Source: Oligoflexales bacterium
GTDB taxonomy: Bacteria; Bdellovibrionota_B; Oligoflexia; Oligoflexales; CAIYRB01
Direction: 5' to 3'
DNA: 63,541 nt
Assembly (NCBI GenBank): GCA_041736175.1
Contig: JBGSUI010000146.1
Coordinates: 1 to 63,541 of the forward strand
In this document: piece by piece, positions 57,396 through 63,541 of the stretch
Layout: each line of letters begins with the position of its first letter
Position numbering within the stretch: the first letter of the stretch is position 1
Made by a program: the position numbers and the translations under genes
Notes under the pieces: model-generated
The model's database searches: none
Seen by the model: only the letters and a program-made list of their open reading frames with translations
Told to the model about the DNA's origin: nothing

Positions 57396-60234
57396 ACTGG
57401 TGACAAAAAAACCCTCACACAAAATGGATCGCAAAATGAACTTTTTCTCGTTTATGAAAACCGGCCCCTTTGACTCAAGCCTCGTCGGAGGAAAGGCAGC
57501 AAACCTGGCACGGATGACCGACCTCGGCCTACCCGTCCCTCCCTGGCTGGTGCTCCGCCAGACCGCGTGGCTAGAGTTTGTGGAAGAAAATAAGCTGGGC
57601 CCCCTCCTCGCCCGTGCGCAACCGACCCAACACTATGAAGACGAAGTGCTCGCAAGGTTTCTAGCATCGTCGCTTCCTAAAGCCTTGGTCGAAGAGTTAC
57701 AAGCCCTCGTGCCCACAGATAACCAATCTCCGGCTTCGACCTTGACGCCATGGTTGACCCACGACACACCCCTTGCCGTCAGATCCAGTGGCATCGACGA
57801 AGACGGTGTAGCCCATTCTTTTGCAGGCCAGTTCAGTTCTTTCTTGTTTCAGAGGGGACGTCCGGCGGTCGAGGAATCCATCAAACGCTGCTGGGCTTCG
57901 GCCTTTTCAGCACGGATCCTCTCCTACCGGGCGAGCCATGACCTGCCCCTGGTGGGAGGTGGCGTGGCCGTGGTGATCCAACAGATGATCGATGCCAGTG
58001 CTGCAGGGGTGGCTTTTTCCCAGCATCCCCTCAAGGTCCTCGAACCTGGGACTGCCTTGATCAGCGCAGTCTATGGCGCTGGCGAAGGACTGGTCAGCGG
58101 ACTCCTGGATGCTGATGCCTATGTGGTCGACACTAAGACCCGTAAGATTGAATCACAGATTGCCAACAAAACTGAGTTTTTGGGTCTGGACGAAAAAACC
58201 GGCACCTTGGTCCACCGTCCCGTAGCCCCGTCCCTTAGCAAAAGTCCTGTGCTCGGGGATGACGAGATTCATCAGATCACCGCCACCGTGATGGATCTCC
58301 AAAAGCGGCTCGGCAATCCCCAAGATATGGAATGGGTCCTAGGCCCCGAAGGTGACCAGACCCGCAGCCTCTATGTGGTCCAAACCCGACCGATCACGAC
58401 GGTTCCTCCTCCATCCTACTATGACCCCAACGTCAACGGGACCCAAGTCAATCTCTGGGATAACTCCAATATCATCGAAAGCTACAGTGGCGTGACCACT
58501 CCTCTTACCTTTTCCTTTGCCAGCCGCGCCTATAACGAAGTTTATATTCAGTTTTGCCATGTCATGGGCGTCCCCGAAACCTTGATCACCCAAAACTCCG
58601 GCACTTTCCGTAACCTCCTTGGCCTCCTAAGGGGGAGGATCTACTACAATCTGCCAAACTGGTACGCTTTGGTTTTATTGCTCCCCGGTTCGTCAAACAA
58701 TAAATCATTTATGGAAACCATGATGGGGGTCAAACAGCAACTCAAACCAGATCAAGAAGATCTGTTTGCATTTGCAGCCCGACCGCCGATCTATAGCTTG
58801 CCCCAAAAGACCAAGCTCACCCTTAAGACCCTGATGCGATTTTGGCGGATCGACTCAATCGTCACTGGATTTTTTGCTGAGTTTAACCGAGGCTATCAAG
58901 AAGCCCGCAGTAAAGACTACTCTAAACTTTCGTTGCCACAACTGGCTAAAGAGTATCTGGACCTAGAAGACTCCATGCTCAAGAGATGGAAAGCTCCAAT
59001 CATCAACGATTATTTGTGTATGATATTTTTCGGTCTTATTAAAAAGCTTACAGAAAAATGGCTCTCCTCCACCAACCCCACCCTCCAAAACGACTTGCTC
59101 TGTGGCGAAGGTGGCTTAGACTCTACGGAACCAACCAAAAGACTTATGGCCATCGCCGCTAAGATCGATGGCGGTCCCCATCCCTACCGGGATGAGTTTC
59201 TCCGCCAGAGCCCCAAGGAGCTTAAGGCCGTCTTTCGGACGACGGGTTTGCCAGCGGACCTTCAAAAAGAATTCGAACAGTTTCTCGATCTCTATGGATT
59301 CCGCTGCATCAATGAACTCAAGCTGGAAGAACTTGACCTCCACGACGATCCTGAATTTGTCTTTTCCAGCGTCCAAAGCTACATCAAGACCAAAAGCTAC
59401 CGGGACACCGACTTTAGCGCGCGGGAACAGAAAATCCGCGCCCAAGCCGAAGGAGTGATCCGCGCCGAGCTTTCGGGCTTGCGGCTTGCCGTGTTTCAGT
59501 TTGTCCTTAAACACACTCGAAAAGCAGTGAAAAACCGCGAAAATCTCCGCTTTGCCCGGACTAAAGTCTTTGGTATCTCCCGTCATATCTTTAGGGCGAT
59601 GGGCCAAAAACTTCACCTCCTGGACTTTCTGTCTGATCCTAACGATATCTTTTATCTGACGGTCGATGAGATCATCCAGTTTATCGAAGGTCGAGCTGCG
59701 TCCAGCGGCATCAAAAGTTTGACAAGTCTGCGACGCCAGGAGTTTGAAGGCTATAACAACACCTCATCTTTACCGGACCGGCTTTTGACCTATGGAGCTG
59801 TGGGGGCATCGTTACCTTATATTCAGGTTTTTCTAGAGTCGGACCTCCTTAAAAAAGACCTGGACATGGCGTCCCTGGACCCAAACAAAATGTATGGAAC
59901 TTCCTGTAGCCCCGGAGTGGTCGAGGGTGTGGTCCGGATCGTTAAAAACCTCCAAGACGCCCAAGGTCTGGACGGGCAGATCCTGGTGACGTCGAGAACG
60001 GACCCTGGTTGGGTGCCCCTGTTTCCTTCCTGTTCTGCTTTGCTTGTGGAGCGGGGAAGCCTCCTATCCCACTCCGCTGTGGTGGCGCGGGAGTTAGGAC
60101 TGCCGACCATCGTCGGGATTTCCGGCGGCCTTATGGAGAGACTTAAGACCGGCGACCGGGTCCGCGTCGATGCCACTAATGGAGTCATCGAGATTCTTGG
60201 ATCTGGGGAGCCCCAGTCAGAAAGCCATTCATGA
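57382..60234 (+). CDS. PEP-synthase/rifamycin-phosphotransferase-like dikinase
   Basis: GGKAANL, AVRSS…ED…SFAGQ, QDMEW, QTRPIT, central substrate domain, TDPGW, LSHSAVVARELG. Confidence 0.88.
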   Translation: MDSHKLVTKKPSHKMDRKMNFFSFMKTGPFDSSLVGGKAANLARMTDLGLPVPPWLVLRQTAWLEFVEENKLGPLLARAQPTQHYEDEVLARFLASSLPKALVEELQALVPTDNQSPASTLTPWLTHDTPLAVRSSGIDEDGVAHSFAGQFSSFLFQRGRPAVEESIKRCWASAFSARILSYRASHDLPLVGGGVAVVIQQMIDASAAGVAFSQHPLKVLEPGTALISAVYGAGEGLVSGLLDADAYVVDTKTRKIESQIANKTEFLGLDEKTGTLVHRPVAPSLSKSPVLGDDEIHQITATVMDLQKRLGNPQDMEWVLGPEGDQTRSLYVVQTRPITTVPPPSYYDPNVNGTQVNLWDNSNIIESYSGVTTPLTFSFASRAYNEVYIQFCHVMGVPETLITQNSGTFRNLLGLLRGRIYYNLPNWYALVLLLPGSSNNKSFMETMMGVKQQLKPDQEDLFAFAARPPIYSLPQKTKLTLKTLMRFWRIDSIVTGFFAEFNRGYQEARSKDYSKLSLPQLAKEYLDLEDSMLKRWKAPIINDYLCMIFFGLIKKLTEKWLSSTNPTLQNDLLCGEGGLDSTEPTKRLMAIAAKIDGGPHPYRDEFLRQSPKELKAVFRTTGLPADLQKEFEQFLDLYGFRCINELKLEELDLHDDPEFVFSSVQSYIKTKSYRDTDFSAREQKIRAQAEGVIRAELSGLRLAVFQFVLKHTRKAVKNRENLRFARTKVFGISRHIFRAMGQKLHLLDFLSDPNDIFYLTVDEIIQFIEGRAASSGIKSLTSLRRQEFEGYNNTSSLPDRLLTYGAVGASLPYIQVFLESDLLKKDLDMASLDPNKMYGTSCSPGVVEGVVRIVKNLQDAQGLDGQILVTSRTDPGWVPLFPSCSALLVERGSLLSHSAVVARELGLPTIVGISGGLMERLKTGDRVRVDATNGVIEILGSGEPQSESHS

Positions 60235-61277
60235 ACCCGAACCCTTTTAAGACCTCAACCTTCACGGCCTCGCGTCCCGTCCTAGAGGGTCGATGGACAC
60301 AGTCTCAGTTTCCCCAGCAAATGATTTCAGATTTGCTAGCTCGAGGCGGGACTCTCATCATCGTCGAGCAAGGCCCCCTTTGGGTCCGCGCCGTGGTGGG
60401 CCCGAGGCCCTTATTGGCACAGGATTGGTACTGTGGACTTTTAGAATTTGGGAGCGAACCAGATGCAAACTCACTACACAATGTGGGGGACTCCCTTTGG
60501 AGCCCTCTCTGGACGGCTCTCCTTCAAGAGGCTTTAAACATCGCGGGCCTGGCAACAGCCACATCCCTGACAGCCCCCCTCAACGAATCCAGCTGGTTTG
60601 GCTACCGGGTGCGCCTGGACGAACCAACGTTAGAGGACTCTTTGAATTATCCGTGGGAGCCTCGTCGCTATCCGGGGCTTATGGATTCATTAAACAATTG
60701 TGAATTTTCTTTAGGTGAACGCTACCGCTCCGTCGGATCCACGGGCCTGGGCGCGCTGGTCGAGCGGGTCAAACCAGCCTATGTGGAGAGTCTCAGCAAG
60801 GGATTTATCTACCAATCCCTAGATGACTTCAAGACCGAAGCTCAAAAGTTAGAGGCCCTTAAAACCCTTTGGAGCCTATGCCACCGGGCCTTTCAAAAAG
60901 CACCTTATTTTGCACCGATCACGTTCGGCGATTTTAGCACCTATTACCTGGGCGGGATTGGGCGGAACAATCTAAAATCCCTCAATACCATCTGTCTAGA
61001 TGCCCATCACACCATCGCTGGTTTTTTGTTTGGATACCTTGACGACCAGGAGCTGGTCCTAAAGTCCATGGCTATCGACAAGCCTTTTCAGGGACAGCAT
61101 CTTGGCGACGCCATCCTCTATCCGATGGCGAGTCTAGGCCAAGGTCTTGGCATCGACCGTTTTGTCTCCGCACTCGTGCTCCAGGGCAACCGTAGCGAGT
61201 TTGTGTTTCGCAAAAACACCACGGTGTGGGAACACCAGTATGCTGTTTTAGTGGGGAAACCTTCCGACCGCCACTAA
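60231..61277 (+). CDS. GNAT-fold protein
   Basis: AGFLFGY, LKSMAIDKPFQGQHLG acetyl-CoA-binding motif. Confidence 0.7.
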   Translation: MNPNPFKTSTFTASRPVLEGRWTQSQFPQQMISDLLARGGTLIIVEQGPLWVRAVVGPRPLLAQDWYCGLLEFGSEPDANSLHNVGDSLWSPLWTALLQEALNIAGLATATSLTAPLNESSWFGYRVRLDEPTLEDSLNYPWEPRRYPGLMDSLNNCEFSLGERYRSVGSTGLGALVERVKPAYVESLSKGFIYQSLDDFKTEAQKLEALKTLWSLCHRAFQKAPYFAPITFGDFSTYYLGGIGRNNLKSLNTICLDAHHTIAGFLFGYLDDQELVLKSMAIDKPFQGQHLGDAILYPMASLGQGLGIDRFVSALVLQGNRSEFVFRKNTTVWEHQYAVLVGKPSDRH

Positions 61278-61574
61278 AACGACTCTGAGAGCGATTTTTG
61301 ATGGGTTTATTTTTTTGTAAACAATAATATTTTTTGAAAACAAATTGATGGAACTGGGTTGAGTGGGTCAAGGTCAGTAGAGAAACCCAAACAAATAGAG
61401 GGGTATTTTCCGTGGAGTCCCTGTTTGCATGTTATCTACGGCAAGAAGCGAGTCGTCTATCCCATCGATTTGGCTTGATACCAAAAAGAACTGTATTTTT
61501 TATTTACTTCTGCAAAATACTTTACTATACTAAAGTTATTCGGCGATAATGCCGATAGGTGAGGGGCATAATTA

Positions 61575-61925
61575 ATGCGGCAGGGACTGCCAAAACCAGG
61601 GTATGAGGTCTTTTTTTGGATTACTGATAAGGGGAGAAAGCCAGTCGCTGACTGGATGAAGACCCTTTCAACCGAAGATCGCAAATATCTTGGAGGCTTG
61701 CTAAGAGATCTTGCTTATGACGGTCCGCTGTCCCGACCAAAGTTTTTTAAACATCTGAATGAACAACTTTGGGAAATTCGTGATCTGCGAAAAGGTGCCG
61801 GGTTTCGCATCTATTTTGGATTTGATGGAAAAACCATCTGTATCGTCGTTCATGCTGGCGAGAAATCAAGTCAAGCTCGCGACATTAAATTGGCTAAAGT
61901 AAGACTAAGACAACTTGAGGATTGA
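61575..61925 (+). CDS. RelE/HigB-like toxin
   Basis: KPVADW, LWEIR, GFRIYFG, HAGEKSSQARDI. Confidence 0.82.
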   Translation: MRQGLPKPGYEVFFWITDKGRKPVADWMKTLSTEDRKYLGGLLRDLAYDGPLSRPKFFKHLNEQLWEIRDLRKGAGFRIYFGFDGKTICIVVHAGEKSSQARDIKLAKVRLRQLED

Positions 61926-61927
61926 TT

Positions 61928-62263
61928 ATGGGATTTGATAAGAAAAAAATTAAAAAGATGGCTAGACTTGACGACGTCGAAAAAGAGATCTTCACCAAAG
62001 AAGAGATAAGTGAGATTCACAAACATGCCCGCCAAAGAGCCGCGATTAGACGAAAACTCGCGTCACATTTAAGCAAAGTGATCGCTGATTATATGGCCAA
62101 TGAAGAGATTGGATTTAACGAATTTCAGCGCCGTCTTGGCATCAGTTCAGCCACCCTCGCCAAACTTATCCATGGCGATGGGAATGTTACTCTTGAAACC
62201 ATAGCCATCGTTTCCGATATTATTGGCGTAGTCCCAGAACTCTCCTTCCAAAAACGGGCATAA
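61928..62263 (+). CDS. HTH antitoxin (HigA-like)
   Basis: FNEFQRRLGISSATLAKLIHGDGNVTLETI. Confidence 0.8.
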   Translation: MGFDKKKIKKMARLDDVEKEIFTKEEISEIHKHARQRAAIRRKLASHLSKVIADYMANEEIGFNEFQRRLGISSATLAKLIHGDGNVTLETIAIVSDIIGVVPELSFQKRA

Positions 62264-62288
62264 GTCTAAAAGTGAGATGTTTAACATT

Positions 62289-62312
62289 AACCGTAAAGTC
62301 CACCTTACGGTT
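62289..62312. terminator. Hairpin downstream of the TA module
   Basis: AACCGTAA…TTACGGTT inverted repeat. Confidence 0.5.
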
Positions 62313-62315
62313 TAT

Positions 62316-62405
62316 CTAACGCCTTGATTTAAAAGCGCCCATCCCTCCATCGCCCACAAAGATCTGCCCTGTAATCCAGCTAGATGTTTCCAGAAGACAG
62401 AATCT
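62316..62405 (-). pseudogene. Isolated C-terminal remnant of a classical SDR oxidoreductase
   Basis: Reads FCLLETSSWITGQIFVGDGGMGAFKSRR*, the SDR SxxxTGQxxxxDGG terminus; no SDR body upstream. Confidence 0.6.
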
Positions 62406-62800
62406 CCAACCGTTCATTGCAGAAGGGGCCTCGGGCCATATATGGGATAAGTTGACTAAGAAGGTCGAGCAGAGTTTTCCTTTGGCAACTGGAGTGGGCG
62501 GGATCTCCTCCTCAAAGCCGAACCCTTGCCCAATCCCAATCTCATGGTCATCACTTTTGCCAGCTGTCAGGTGACTTTCAATTTTGAAGTGATAGGACAA
62601 TCAATCACCTTTTTTTGGGAAGCGATCTCTGGTGGATCTCTATTCCTTGAACCCCGATCCAGGTCAAAGTGGGCTTTTTAAGTTCGTTCCACCCCCAGTT
62701 TGAGGTGGCTCCTGGTCTCAATGATCTCGGCGTGACGCCTAAGTCGTTCGTGGGCTGAGCCGTTGAAACGGACCAATATGCCTTTGGCGGCCAACACTGG

Positions 62801-63259
62801 GTGGGAGATGGAGAAAAGGCGGATCTGCCGATTCGCATCGCCATCCCGAGGCGGCTAGCAGCGATGGCTTCTGGCACCGGAAAGGTCGCAGATTTCAGCG
62901 GCATGACGCCAATCGCGAAAATGGCGCAAAGGGAACAGCAAATGAAAAATAGCGGCAATCGGCCGCTCAACCTGCCCAATCCAGGGCGATACGATACATA
63001 TGAGCTATTTGTCCACCTGAGCAGTCCGCTATTCAAGTACGAAACTTGCAGACTCATAGGCAAGATGCGCGGGTCCAATCCGGCTATTTATGGCTCAGTT
63101 GAGACGACAAAGAAGAACGACCTCGTAATCTATGCAGGTCGGTATAACGGCATTTTCAATCATCATTTTGACTTGAACATGACCACCGGGGAAATCACCA
63201 CCAACGATCCAGTGCAGTGGCCTATGGGAGATCTGGGTATAAAGTCTATACAGGAGTAA
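62801..63259 (+). CDS. Hypothetical protein (possibly a gene fragment)
   Basis: 152-aa ORF with no recognisable motif. Confidence 0.3.
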   Translation: MGDGEKADLPIRIAIPRRLAAMASGTGKVADFSGMTPIAKMAQREQQMKNSGNRPLNLPNPGRYDTYELFVHLSSPLFKYETCRLIGKMRGSNPAIYGSVETTKKNDLVIYAGRYNGIFNHHFDLNMTTGEITTNDPVQWPMGDLGIKSIQE

Positions 63260-63406
63260 AAATTTTGAAAATTTATCATGGCAATCTACTAAGTCGATAT
63301 TTCTTGGATTTTGCTCAATTGGGAGATTTCTTCCTATATAAGAGCCTAAAATAAGGGTTTTTCATTTAAATTCAGCTCCATTTTGCCGCAAAATGCCGCT
63401 ATTAAT

Positions 63407-63541
63407 TCATGAAGCCTGTTTAAATATCTCATCTTTCATTTTTTTGATTACCTCTCGAATCTCTTCTTTTCCAGATATTTTACTCTCAATAGACCTATTT
63501 TTTAAAGATGTTTTATAAGCCACGAAATCTGTGATTTTAGT
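63407..63541 (-). CDS. 3' end of an AT-rich gene running off the window
   Basis: Open frame of 44 codons ending KMKDEIFKQAS*. Confidence 0.35.
   Translation of the reverse strand, partial: TKITDFVAYKTSLKNRSIESKISGKEEIREVIKKMKDEIFKQAS

Noticed and set aside
57382..60234. Rifampicin-resistance gene rph or housekeeping ppsA
   Set aside because: It shares the RPH domain order only. It lacks the C-terminal PEP-binding barrel of PpsA and is embedded in a biosynthetic-type operon, so the substrate is unknown.
1..63541. rRNA, tRNA or riboswitch genes
   Set aside because: None was recognisable by eye; a covariance-model scan would be needed to exclude small RNAs.

Overview
Bacterial chromosomal segment. 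The pilin type, the DUF1566 fibre protein, the paired ArsA-like ATPases and the long MlaD suggest Bdellovibrionota/Oligoflexia (inference, not verified). The core genes are an FMN-dependent glutamate synthase-family gene, trhO, mlaEFD, pfk, mscS, alr, a PilB-like ATPase, pilA, a PBP, lptF and fabF. They are interleaved with many small AT-rich inserts: about six toxin-antitoxin-like modules, three AAA/P-loop ATPases (two broken), a DDE insertion sequence at 1-1781, a frameshifted TnpB element whose right end carries a 105-bp MITE, and an IscB with its omegaRNA inserted into an ATPase gene. Three things stand out. (1) A tightly coupled 8-gene, 12-kb operon (49246-61277) encodes a lipid kinase, a degenerate SDR, an acyl-ACP-reductase-like protein, a BtaA/DUF3419 protein, an AMP ligase, a UbiA prenyltransferase, a PEP-synthase-like dikinase and a GNAT; it looks like an uncharacterised lipid pathway. 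(2) Several accessory inserts are bounded by short, diverged copies of the neighbouring core gene's end, with many synonymous changes and no integrase, which suggests repeated homology-anchored DNA capture. (3) A PilB/GspE ATPase is fused to two cNMP-binding domains. I saw no rRNA, tRNA or CRISPR array. All family calls come from reading motifs by eye, not from database searches.
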